DNA from: Candidatus Thalassarchaeaceae archaeon
GTDB taxonomy: Archaea; Thermoplasmatota; Poseidoniia; Poseidoniales; Thalassarchaeaceae
Reading direction: 5' to 3'
DNA: 64,000 nucleotides
Assembly (NCBI GenBank): GCA_023268715.1
Contig: JALRLV010000001.1
Coordinates: 6,383 to 70,382, forward strand
The notes under the pieces were generated by a model. The model saw nothing but the letters and a program-made list of their open reading frames with translations. It was not told where the DNA came from and did not search any database. Positions 21,101-28,012 of the stretch are shown in pieces. How positions within the stretch are numbered: position 1 is the first letter of the stretch; every line of letters begins with the position of its first letter. Made by a program: the position numbers and the translations under genes.

Positions 21101-21605
21101 AGGAAAGTATAACTCAACAGGCCCTGCTTTGCTTGGAGACGGTGATACCTTCACAATCACTCTCAACATTGCAGACCTTTACTTGGATACTACCGGAAAG
21201 CAGGTCACGGTATATTGGAGAGTTATCGAGGGTGACCGATATGAGTTGAATAACGAATTCACAATCGACTTACTTCCTCGATCAAGTGACCCATGTGCCC
21301 TGAATCCTTCAGATGCTGGTTGTGTGTCAGATAGTGGTGGTACCGATGTAATCATGTTCGCTGCTATCGGAGTTATCATGATTCTGGCAATTGTTGGTGT
21401 AACTCTAGTTCTTAGATCGAGAGGCAAGTCAGATGATAGTCAAGACACCGTCCAACAGTTTGGTGGTGTAGAGCAAATGGACCCAGTCGAAGCATATGTG
21501 CAACAAATGGTCGGCCAAGGCTATGACGAGGCTACTGCGAGGCAATATGCCGAGCAATATTACGCAGCATATTATGCCCAACAAGGGAAAGGCGGCGGCA
21601 ACTGA
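15171..21605 (+). CDS. Giant secreted, membrane-anchored surface protein with N-terminal FG-GAP/VCBS-type repeats
   Basis: The protein is about 2145 aa from ATG 15171. It has the signal-like segment VAIFLVMLMLSSTMLSLVPTVSA. Repeated Ca-binding DxDxDG motifs are present: DIDCDDHNDIV, DVDGDGVNDVV, DIDGDGDADIV, DTNDDGEIDLI and DVNRDGKMDFF. Two MAM/immune-inhibitor-A-like jelly-roll ends are seen (GEVIDIRFRFRS...GLDGFAFDNISI and VTLTWRFQS...GLAGFAVDNIRI). The C-terminal TM helix is VIMFAAIGVIMILAIVGVTLVL, followed by a Q/Y/A-rich tail. Confidence 0.85.
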   Translation: MKFGQAMMSLSTNAQSESKEGRVAIFLVMLMLSSTMLSLVPTVSASRITQYAVQRDPSFISIGDIDCDDHNDIVSASSMGHFITALYNDGMGGFGDRQDVFISNNDSFRAGFRDTADGTRVYVADVDGDGVNDVVYYQQNIRFVGGPMVPGNLTVLWGDCDERINNWNPSEAITVSNPYLQDMDVEDIDGDGDADIVMNVVDPTFTNNYINIYKGPDPTQITAQQTIPVPLTTGLYTNLILGHWGEDVLGGGIGGSLGDCEDMDIWLLRSPPYNTGVGFSNGHYDNMTVLEYDCTLGTYPNPLDATANGVHNFKLDAEHNYPLYGIDISDTNDDGEIDLIAAVDGITGNISYATRTGSSWDTQNYVTLGDYLGASITIADVNRDGKMDFFVPTEVTLTRLQDSSAQNQTYLLVDNLREVNTVEIILGNPNGNGYLSSLSFDVGRRPTMAVPGQLAGGENSAYEIAIGQRDRSYRFANSAMWLDTQGWAGAGDFLSVLSLDNEDVGITEVSIAPAAYDPATGAAMIGEGNRFVNLTVKNTGLNPISGSIDVDLEVKEVLDGIDTLVYSNDFEGNIDNANCPSCTIVLKSYTGEYAAGSSSWHKESNASLDSNGSATDDWWEADTNPTTYMWAGMDHNNEDNESGYYNNMDEAFIIENVDLTGADAAYLDLDLFCSAAFFELYLAEQYAVVERWLYEDSCGIEVWSDGNGWEQVFFTGGWDNERYLRLYGFGYDPEYNTYNGNFATNTISPWASYSGENAIDLTRYAGEVIDIRFRFRSGLMGSVGPDGSSQDTGLDGFAFDNISIRKTDVIFGSEEVVSQTLTFSNFAAGATEEVSLTADFIDNRTYYIKTELTNPNGFNNADATNDEVKFQITVKNLFDPGVAEEPWLSLENGLRYASGDRDIEIRVQNYGNTLTDFQLETVVRNALPDLIAIEDFSGLEPIWEDDGNQNGSRLDDTNGDHPMLPQSRGVFNSFAYWLGDPDAGYGDNWDESLTLDPFQVAVGGTDFTYLTFDYFAEGDYLSDSNGNILAIRDAAGLEIEWSKGGEIYRGTVWGSWTDLNENGLRPFQDGSGLGACEDFDNNGRLDEVEYMGDYSDRYESVVWFDSESLVKSVIIDMTHITLLNQTSNDTFEWRAECTDLSGSEVTLTWRFQSNDDGVNGNAGLAGFAVDNIRIDEFTFEDDGTYISDINGLDASERQDVTVATHDFTSGIYRIDSRTLFNNTIQGTSWFNQSEITTANNNTQIIFSIASADITLMEPNVLDCVSDITYKCAYTYDSASQHSFTVPLLNGVIAGEYEVNMKIVDMTTGQTVYEQAADNGPFDLEPHARDFANWTAPYNGWYDGRKYNISFYAILTEDGDPSGNDRFFEIEFHDTVDVAILSNPTDQNRLQRVKQDLESMGMTYTQLSVSDWDRYATENWMSHYEKILLPWQTDYNVEYGEYYETLASTRDSDGLSVTEVLEAYMVNGGTVQIHLGPYRNEYQPNRLPFGMDIAMRNQWNNTVTNEDLVIVDAYHPLMTNVDTAAFAGVHGGSYVALAGLDTAQVQFDQIPQVCGGRISDPTGTFHTLMRSESFDSQSLLSICNRGAGGMIVTTLDVENPSFSQPFGGTSMPLLSNMLGYHVTPYPNNFGIAGDGFDLTVNGEAPSIDTVTGAYATMYIKSNSELDFSFLTSDSSLADSITADWTLQSTDMNESVTGWSGEIIDYGEISHSRQISPSIPALGNFCVGDTSSSTGCRIGAEWLLTLYLHDENGHTRITYIRLVTDDTLADEFRPNADLQLIEDDVTEEFVSLDGTKTVGGVDWPIYRVRLTDSGDISLSFDSSASSDDDAPEGERGIEMFEYRVFFDYPVDSTNPTLEGHTFQVPNAAGGDMWNYVFRNMTSDGTLENQIRLELIVYDRAGKQSDKARIYFIVVGEDFGDDPPVVDITSPRSTDSQSEDLVTINGVVTSGAENGVLIEVALDPSVLDLTPSPKATQKALGKYNSTGPALLGDGDTFTITLNIADLYLDTTGKQVTVYWRVIEGDRYELNNEFTIDLLPRSSDPCALNPSDAGCVSDSGGTDVIMFAAIGVIMILAIVGVTLVLRSRGKSDDSQDTVQQFGGVEQMDPVEAYVQQMVGQGYDEATARQYAEQYYAAYYAQQGKGGGN

Positions 21606-21670
21606 GCAAACCCTCGAAAGGGGGATGCTCAAAACGCACCTTGAAGGCCTCCTTGCGGCCGCCATGTGTC

Positions 21671-22936
21671 ATGGATACGGGTGACACATACACTGTGGCT
21701 AACCTTTCATTGGCGAAGGCTGGTGGACTGAAAGTAGACTGGGCCCGAAGCAGAATGCCGGCTCTAGCTGCATTGCGGGCCAGGGCCGAGAAAGAACAAC
21801 CACTTGCGGGTCAAAGAATTGCAGGATGCTTGCACGTCACCAAGGAAACTGCCGTGTTGATTGAGACTATCGAAGCCGCGGGTGGCAAAGTCTCTTGGTC
21901 CGGTTGTAATCCTCTTTCTACACAGGATGATGTAGCAGCTTGGCTTGCATCCGAGGGCTATGATGTGCATGCCTGGTATGGCCAAAATACCGAGGAGTTC
22001 TACCAATCTATCGATCGTACTCTGAAGATTAATCCAACTCTCACTCTAGACGATGGTGCTGACCTGATTTATCGTGTACACAGCAAATTTCCAGAGCTAG
22101 CAGAAGGTGTGATTGGTGGTACTGAAGAGACTACCACTGGTGTTCACAGACTCAGAGCAATGGGAGAGGCAGGAGAACTTCTCTATCCAGTCATCGCAGT
22201 TAATGATGCAGCGACCAAGTGGGACTTCGATAACGTACATGGAACAGGACAATCAACACTCGACGGAATTATCCGAGCCACTAGTGTTTTACTCGCAGGC
22301 AAAACATTTGTTGTTGCTGGATACGGACATTGCGGAAAGGGTCTAGCCAATCGTGCCCGTGGTATGGGCGCCAATGTTATTGTCACAGAAGTCGATCCTA
22401 TAGCTGCCTTGAAAGCAGTCATGGACGGATACCGCATCATGCAAATGGATGATGCAGCGAAGATTGGCGACGTATTTTGTACAGCAACAGGGATGAAAGA
22501 CGTCATCATTGGTCGCCATTTTGATATTATGAAAGAAGGAGCAATTGTTTGTAACACCGGTCATTATGATTGCGAAATCAACATTGCAGATCTTGAAGAA
22601 AGGGCCGAGAAAATTTACACGATTAGAGAAGATAACGAAGCCTTCCAACTCAAAGATGGACGTACTATTCATCTGCTTGCCCGTGGAAGGCTGGTTAACC
22701 TAGCCGCAGCAGAAGGCCATCCAAGCGAAGTGATGGACATGTCATTCGCCAATCAATTCCTAGCACTTTGTCGACTAGCTGCTGAGGGCGAGGGGTACGA
22801 TAACATCGTTTACGACATAAGTGCCGAACAAGATAGTGAATTGGCTAGATTAAAACTCACAGCCGAAGGAATTAGCATTGATAGTTTGACAGATGAGCAA
22901 CGAGACTATCTTGAAGATTATTCTGCAGGGACATGA
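21671..22936 (+). CDS. ahcY: Adenosylhomocysteinase
   Basis: Motifs seen: EETTTGVHRL, NDAATKWDFDNVHGTGQS, AGYGHCGKG (NAD site) and HPSEVMDMSFANQ. I took the start at ATG 21671 (MDTGDTYTVANL); the track TTG at 21641 is less likely. Confidence 0.93.
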   Translation: MDTGDTYTVANLSLAKAGGLKVDWARSRMPALAALRARAEKEQPLAGQRIAGCLHVTKETAVLIETIEAAGGKVSWSGCNPLSTQDDVAAWLASEGYDVHAWYGQNTEEFYQSIDRTLKINPTLTLDDGADLIYRVHSKFPELAEGVIGGTEETTTGVHRLRAMGEAGELLYPVIAVNDAATKWDFDNVHGTGQSTLDGIIRATSVLLAGKTFVVAGYGHCGKGLANRARGMGANVIVTEVDPIAALKAVMDGYRIMQMDDAAKIGDVFCTATGMKDVIIGRHFDIMKEGAIVCNTGHYDCEINIADLEERAEKIYTIREDNEAFQLKDGRTIHLLARGRLVNLAAAEGHPSEVMDMSFANQFLALCRLAAEGEGYDNIVYDISAEQDSELARLKLTAEGISIDSLTDEQRDYLEDYSAGT

Positions 22937-22960
22937 GATAATTCAGATTTTTTCGTTTGA

Positions 22961-23977
22961 TTACTCATCCTCTTTCCACCAATTTTCTGTGTTAGAAAAA
23001 TCCGGTAGATTGGGTTTCCACTTTTGAGCAATCATTTCATCTGATTCAATAATTTTTGAATGTCTATATTGGAATGCATTAGTTCGTTTTCCAATCGTAT
23101 AATTGTAGAGTTTACTACCGCGAATTTCAGCAGGCACACAGACCTTTCCAGAAGTAGCCTCCACATCAATCGCTCTCTCTAGGTCAAGGGCATGTCGATT
23201 GAGTCTGTGGAGTAATCCAGCTGCAGCCCTACTCACTCCCATAAATAGTGCAAGAATAATTACGAACACCAAGATGAAGCCAAATTGACTCCCCCCAAGT
23301 AAAGTCATGGCTACAGTCCCTATCAAGAATACAATCGGTGCTACAAAAGTAAACAAGAAGAAAGTCTCTGAAAGGGGTTTCCTAGTTTTCATCCGCCCGA
23401 TTATTTCCCATCTAGGATGCTTCGGATTCTGAGGTCTGAAAATTTCCTCCTTCTCCATTTTGGCCGCCTTGTCAACCATCTGCCTAACTCGATCCATATT
23501 CATCAGTTGCTGCCTGTCTGGTTGTTCCATTTCTGTTTCGAACATTATTTCCAACAATTCACTAGCTTCAGAATACATCCCGAGCCGTACAAGAATGGCG
23601 ATTTGTTCGATAAGTGGTGTGACATCGTTCGGGTCAATCTGCCTTCTTTGCTGCCACCATCCTAGGGCTTCCTCTAGCATACCTAGATGGTCAACCAGAA
23701 GATTTCCTCCCATTGCCCATGATTCTGCGTCCTCTGGTTCTAACCTCACGACATTTTGTAATGCGGCATAAGCACTAGCAGCTTGTGGTAGAGTAGGCAT
23801 ATCTTGCACGCCTCTCCTTGCGGCTGGTAGAACCATCCTTGCGGTCATTTTCCAAGCGGCCGCATGGTTGGGCTCCATACGGGTAATTTGGCCACATAAA
23901 TTGAGGGCTTCTTCCCTCTCACCAGACTCTTCTAGCTCGAGAACTTCTTCCCAGAGCATATCCGCCTTGTTCGCCAT
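22961..23977 (-). CDS. TPR-like repeat protein with two central TM helices (hypothetical)
   Basis: The N-terminus has helical repeats (EEALNLCGQITRMEPNHAAAW..., NVVRLEPEDAESW...). TM segments are FFLFTFVAPIVFLIGTVAMTLL and FGFILVFVIILALFMGV. Confidence 0.55.
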   Translation of the reverse strand: MANKADMLWEEVLELEESGEREEALNLCGQITRMEPNHAAAWKMTARMVLPAARRGVQDMPTLPQAASAYAALQNVVRLEPEDAESWAMGGNLLVDHLGMLEEALGWWQQRRQIDPNDVTPLIEQIAILVRLGMYSEASELLEIMFETEMEQPDRQQLMNMDRVRQMVDKAAKMEKEEIFRPQNPKHPRWEIIGRMKTRKPLSETFFLFTFVAPIVFLIGTVAMTLLGGSQFGFILVFVIILALFMGVSRAAAGLLHRLNRHALDLERAIDVEATSGKVCVPAEIRGSKLYNYTIGKRTNAFQYRHSKIIESDEMIAQKWKPNLPDFSNTENWWKEDE

Positions 23978-24024
23978 GTGGCTTGCTCGGGTTTAGACAA
24001 AATGAATGCTCGGGTGCCCCAAAC

Positions 24025-24774
24025 TCAGCGCCTACCGCTACTTCTTCCCGGCCGATTACCCCGAGGGCCGCCTCGACCAGGGTCTCTGAATCCAGATCTA
24101 CGTGGCTTGCTAGCGCTGCCGGGTGACCGCCCTCTTCCACGACCGGAATGCCCTCCTTGAGGTCTAGAGCCACGGCGTTCATTGCCTCCGCCTCTAGATT
24201 GTGGTTTGCCACCAGAACTAGGCCGATGAGCTTGACAACGATTGCATTTGTCTCTGAAGGCAAAGTTGGAATTGTTACACTTCGGGCAAGTCCAATCTCC
24301 GGATTTTTTGGAATTATTTCCTCCTCGGTCAAATTTTCTTTCAAACTTACTTGCATCATCTCGAGGCCGATCTGCATCACAGCGGTTACACTTCTTTCGG
24401 AAGGCAAAATTGGAGTTATTGCATTTTGGACAATTCCAGTCTCCGCCTTTTTTGTGTTCTTTTCCTCCACTTCGATTATCACGTCGGCCATCTCTCTTCG
24501 AGTATCTATCTCTTCCGTGGCCGCGATTATCTCGTCTTTCTCTTGGAGCTATTTCAACAGGAGAACCGATTGTGTTGGAGTATTCTATTTCGTCAGATAT
24601 TGGATGAATATGAACAAAGGCTCCATCGATAGCTCCAATTACAGAATTCACCTTGCCAATAGGCTTCCCACCGATTATTCGTAAAGTAGCACCTAGCCTT
24701 GGTGCTCGTCCCTCAAAGGCAACGAGGAGACCCCCTTCATGCGACTCTCTGTCGACTGTGCCTGAGAAGCTCAT
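24025..24774 (-). CDS. Gar1-like H/ACA RNP domain fused to 2 RanBP2-type zinc fingers and a C-terminal RGG/GAR tail
   Basis: I took the start at ATG 24774, 5 nt after the upstream stop. The N-terminus GGLLVAFEGRAPRLGATLRIIGGKPIGKVNSVIGAIDGAFVHIHP fits the archaeal Gar1 pattern. DWNCPKCNNSNFAFRKKCNRC and DWTCPKCNNSNFAFRDKCNRC both fit W-x-C-x2-C-x3-N-x6-C-x2-C exactly. The tail is rich in RGG/RGR. Confidence 0.75.
   Translation of the reverse strand: MSFSGTVDRESHEGGLLVAFEGRAPRLGATLRIIGGKPIGKVNSVIGAIDGAFVHIHPISDEIEYSNTIGSPVEIAPRERRDNRGHGRDRYSKRDGRRDNRSGGKEHKKGGDWNCPKCNNSNFAFRKKCNRCDADRPRDDASKFERKFDRGGNNSKKSGDWTCPKCNNSNFAFRDKCNRCQAHRPSSGGKPQSRGGGNERRGSRPQGGHSGRGRGRSPGSASKPRRSGFRDPGRGGPRGNRPGRSSGRR
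24220..24441 (-). repeat. Internal duplication encoding the two RanBP2-type zinc fingers
   Basis: ZnF1 is at 24364-24441 and ZnF2 at 24220-24297. The two are near-identical at protein level and clearly similar at DNA level. Confidence 0.7.
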
Positions 24775-24778
24775 GACC

Positions 24779-26782
24779 TCAGTCGCGTCGGCCCGAGTAT
24801 ATGAGTGCGGCAGATGCCGCAATAATCAGACCGCCTAATCCCATCGAGGGAAGAATTGAGGAGTTTTCCTTTGATGGTTCGGGTTGAGGTTCTGGTTCTG
24901 GATCAACGAACAAGTGAGTATTGTCTACACTACGCTGTTCACTTGAACAAATTCCAGATTCGTCACATGCTTGAACTTCAACGATATGGGCGCCCTCTGA
25001 CCAAATGGAGAAATCAATCTGAGGAGTAGACCACACATTCCCGCTGATTGAAATACTACCAACCGAGGAACCATCAATTATCAGAGTGAAAGAGACCGCC
25101 TCACCATCAGGGTCGGAAAACTGACCGCTCATCGACCATGAATCACCGTCCCATCCTTCGGAATTAACTGTCATTATTGGAGCACTGCTAGCCTTCTGAA
25201 TTCCTAAATCATAAGTCGCTTGCAAAGTATATACTCCATCTCCAGTTACTATTACCGAGACATATGCAGCACCTGGGATGACCCCTACTGTAGCAACTTC
25301 CTGAGTAACTTCAGAGTCTTGAAGTAAAAATGGGCCGGAATAAGTTCCAGCCATTCCAAAACTGGACGTAAATCCAATTTCAACTGACAAATCTGGCCAT
25401 CCTGAGGTTGGAGAGAGAGTGATTGGATGTGGGTCTGATAGGTCAACATTTGTAGTTGATATTTGGAATGGTACTCCAACATTCCAAGTTCTATTTCCGG
25501 AGGATTGGCCGGCACTGTCGATTGCTTCACATGTAACCTCTCCGGCCTGGCCTATTGGGACATCCATGGATAACTCTCGATTTGAGTATGTGATTGCTAA
25601 TCCTGCTTCTCCTCTGCAGTTAACATCGAGACTCGATACTCCCGCTTCATCATCAAACCAATGTTGGACATCGATCCAATCAGCGACGATCTGGGCCCCC
25701 CCGCTCGCCCGAGGGAACCACGCTTCATCAGCTGGGGCATTATCAGTCCAAACAGGTGGTTCGTCCACTGGGATAGGGGCAGTTGTAAAGTCAGCGAACA
25801 AGTCTTCACCTAGAGGCCATTGAGCCATATTCGGGTAGAGGGAGTAAGTCAGGCTCCCATCTTCATTTTCACTAACTCCATGGAAACTAGAACCGTCACC
25901 AACACAACTTCCTCTCAAAGGCGCAACCCCAGCAAAGTCATCGGCGTCAGCTTGCAAGTCCCGTCCTTCACATTCCTCCCACATATCCATACGCAAGCCC
26001 TCAGTTGTGGGGAACGTGATATGATATTCAGCACCACTAATGTTTGAGGCATTGAAGGCTATGGTGAAGTCACTTGGGTTATTCATGCTGGATATTGTCA
26101 TGGTAGCGTTTAGCCAAAGCATCAATCTACATTCATCCTCCCCAATTGATGCATCCAAATCAGTATCGCAATCTCGCTCGTTATCAGGATAGACAGGAAC
26201 TTCGTAGCAATCAGCACTGCTTCCAACACTAGAACATTCTCTCGACTCAGAATGTCTAGGAGGGACAAGATTCCACTCCTCTACCACAACCTCATCTTCC
26301 GTCCAAGAGGTGTTTTTCCAATCTGTTCCTTCGCCGCCTCTGTGAGGGCTACCATCACGCATCCCAATCCTAGTAAGTGTGTATTGAACACATTCGGAAG
26401 CAATGGCACGAACACCCTCTCTTTCATCCGTTGATATCCACTCATCATCTCCACTCGGATAAATTGCAGCAATGTATCGATCCAAACTGTGCCGGACGTC
26501 ATCTGCTAAGGTTCCATTTATCCACGCAACGGCTTGAATTTCTGCAGAATTCCAATCATCATCCACTGTCATTTGAAAAATTGCTTTGCTGTAGTCGAAC
26601 ATATCTTCGAATGTTATCGTACTGCACTGTTCTTCTATCGTAGGACCTCCAGGGCCAAGCTGCTCCCGTTTTTCTTGAGGGTCTTCAAGATGGACATCGA
26701 AATGGTCCAATGGGAGCCACAAAGTCAACAATACAAACATAGTCAACAGAACTGAGATTCTGAGCCTACATTCCCGCTCCAT
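24779..26782 (-). CDS. Secreted acidic surface protein with a PGF-CTERM-like C-terminal anchor
   Basis: Start is ATG 26782 (or TTG 26803). The signal/TM segment is ISVLLTMFVLLTLWLPL. The large extracellular part is D/E/S/T-rich. The C-terminus is EPEPQPEPS...ILPSMGLGGLIIAASAALIYSGRRD. Confidence 0.7.
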   Translation of the reverse strand: MERECRLRISVLLTMFVLLTLWLPLDHFDVHLEDPQEKREQLGPGGPTIEEQCSTITFEDMFDYSKAIFQMTVDDDWNSAEIQAVAWINGTLADDVRHSLDRYIAAIYPSGDDEWISTDEREGVRAIASECVQYTLTRIGMRDGSPHRGGEGTDWKNTSWTEDEVVVEEWNLVPPRHSESRECSSVGSSADCYEVPVYPDNERDCDTDLDASIGEDECRLMLWLNATMTISSMNNPSDFTIAFNASNISGAEYHITFPTTEGLRMDMWEECEGRDLQADADDFAGVAPLRGSCVGDGSSFHGVSENEDGSLTYSLYPNMAQWPLGEDLFADFTTAPIPVDEPPVWTDNAPADEAWFPRASGGAQIVADWIDVQHWFDDEAGVSSLDVNCRGEAGLAITYSNRELSMDVPIGQAGEVTCEAIDSAGQSSGNRTWNVGVPFQISTTNVDLSDPHPITLSPTSGWPDLSVEIGFTSSFGMAGTYSGPFLLQDSEVTQEVATVGVIPGAAYVSVIVTGDGVYTLQATYDLGIQKASSAPIMTVNSEGWDGDSWSMSGQFSDPDGEAVSFTLIIDGSSVGSISISGNVWSTPQIDFSIWSEGAHIVEVQACDESGICSSEQRSVDNTHLFVDPEPEPQPEPSKENSSILPSMGLGGLIIAASAALIYSGRRD

Positions 26783-26842
26783 TACAAATCCGAAAAGGAC
26801 CAAGGAAATATTGCTATCGGCGGCATAATTGTGAAAGAAATT

Positions 26843-26863
26843 GTTAGTTTAGGGCCCCCTAAA
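26843..26863 (+). promoter_or_regulatory. Operator-like motif copy 1 (GTTAGTTTAGGG-CC-CCCTAAA)
   Basis: The palindromic core is TTTAGGG/CCCTAAA with a 2-nt spacer. It lies upstream of an A/T-rich TATA-like GATAAATAA (26867-26875). Confidence 0.5.
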
Positions 26864-26886
26864 TTAGATAAATAAGAAACGAGTGG

Positions 26887-26907
26887 GTTAGTTTAGGGTG
26901 CCCTAAA
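26887..26907 (+). promoter_or_regulatory. Operator-like motif copy 2 (GTTAGTTTAGGG-TG-CCCTAAA)
   Basis: The same 21-mer recurs 44 bp downstream of copy 1. It ends 1 nt before ATG 26909 of the binding-protein gene. Confidence 0.5.
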
Positions 26908-26908
26908 G

Positions 26909-27985
26909 ATGGTAGGTAGGACACTGATAGCGAGCACAATTATTGGAATAATCCTGTTTTCAACGTTTGCTGGTTGTCTAACGCCTGAAGAGGATGAAAA
27001 TGTAATAATTATTGCATTCAAAACACAGGATGATTATGACAACCCAGAAGCAAACCCACAATTATTGGCAGATTTTTTGGCTAAAAAATCTGGTTACAAA
27101 TTTGAATTATATCCAATAGGCTCCGACATCGCGGCAATAGAAGCGTTGCGTTTTGGCCATGCTGATATTGCATTCCTAGACGGCGGCTCGGCATGGATTG
27201 CCTGGAAGCAGCACGGACTGGATGCTATTCTTGCTGATCAAAAAGGAGATGGTAGGACTTACTATGATGCCCAAGCATGGGTTCTAAACGATTCTGAAAT
27301 TCAAACACTTGAGGATCTGGAAGGGAAGAATACCTGTCATACTGGTTGGTTAAAATCAGCTGGTATGCTTATGCCAATGGGTTACATGATAAATAACGGA
27401 ATTGTAGAAGTTACAGGAGATGAAAATGATATTTCTTCTTTGAGAACAACAATCGATGCACACTTTGGAAATGCATCAATACCCGAAAAGGGAGATTTGT
27501 ATTACAGTTACAGTGGTGCCTTCCGATGTATGACTGAAGGAGTGGGTGATGTTGCATTTGGTAAATCATCATCCTATGAGGATCATTGTGAAGGTAATGA
27601 TTGGTGCTTAGATAGAGAAAGTTACAGGTCACTAGAGCCCGCCTTCGGACAGGTTCCAAGTCACCCAATCATGGTGAATAAGGAAGAAACGGAACAAGAA
27701 AAAATCGACGTCATAATTTCATCATTTTTAGAAATGAATAACGAAATGTGGGTTGAAAATTATTCCGTAGGTGGAGAAACTTTCACTGGTTGTTACAATA
27801 CTCAAACACATGTTGTGATCGATACCGTTCCTAAGGAGTCCTGTGGGGGAGAACTCCTACAAAACATACTCAATACTCCATCCATTTCTGAGGTAGATAC
27901 GGAAGAACACCTTGGTTCATATAGCGACGCAATAGGAGCGATTCCAGGGATTGCTGCATACTTCGATGACAAGTATAGTTCGTAA
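26909..27985 (+). CDS. Extracytoplasmic lipoprotein solute-binding protein, PhnD lineage, with transferrin-type Fe3+/carbonate site
   Basis: It has the signal and lipobox STFAGC. Blocks matching the serotransferrin N-lobe are DIAFLDGG, RTYYDAQAWV, NTCHTGWLKSAGMLMPMG, YSYSGAFRCMTEGVGDVAFGK and GQVPSHPIMV. PhnC- and PhnE-like genes follow it. Confidence 0.75.
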   Translation: MVGRTLIASTIIGIILFSTFAGCLTPEEDENVIIIAFKTQDDYDNPEANPQLLADFLAKKSGYKFELYPIGSDIAAIEALRFGHADIAFLDGGSAWIAWKQHGLDAILADQKGDGRTYYDAQAWVLNDSEIQTLEDLEGKNTCHTGWLKSAGMLMPMGYMINNGIVEVTGDENDISSLRTTIDAHFGNASIPEKGDLYYSYSGAFRCMTEGVGDVAFGKSSSYEDHCEGNDWCLDRESYRSLEPAFGQVPSHPIMVNKEETEQEKIDVIISSFLEMNNEMWVENYSVGGETFTGCYNTQTHVVIDTVPKESCGGELLQNILNTPSISEVDTEEHLGSYSDAIGAIPGIAAYFDDKYSS

Positions 27986-28012
27986 GTCGGAGATTCAAGG
28001 GTAGGGGATGAA

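Noticed and set aside
15364-21427. Numerous 60-130-aa ORFs in other frames or antisense within the giant surface-protein gene.
   Set aside because: They are entirely contained within a 6.4-kb continuous frame with repeated recognisable motifs. Such shadows are expected in a long ORF.
23919-24838. Several overlapping ORFs around the Gar1-ZnF gene: 23919-24491 (-), and 23978-24160, 24148-24684, 24242-24607, 24351-24632 and 24653-24838 (+).
   Set aside because: They are alternative-frame or antisense shadows of the 24025-24774 gene, which has two exact RanBP2 finger consensus matches and a Gar1-like domain. The shadows have no motifs and have repetitive composition caused by the internal duplication and RGG tail.
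26909-27985. Plain annotation of the binding protein as phosphonate/phosphite-binding PhnD.
   Set aside because: This is not fully excluded, since the partner genes are PhnC/PhnE-like. But blocks such as YSGAFRC..G.GDVAF, CHTG...SAG and QVPSH are transferrin hallmarks. E. coli PhnD, as I recall its sequence, lacks them, so the iron hypothesis is preferred pending tests.
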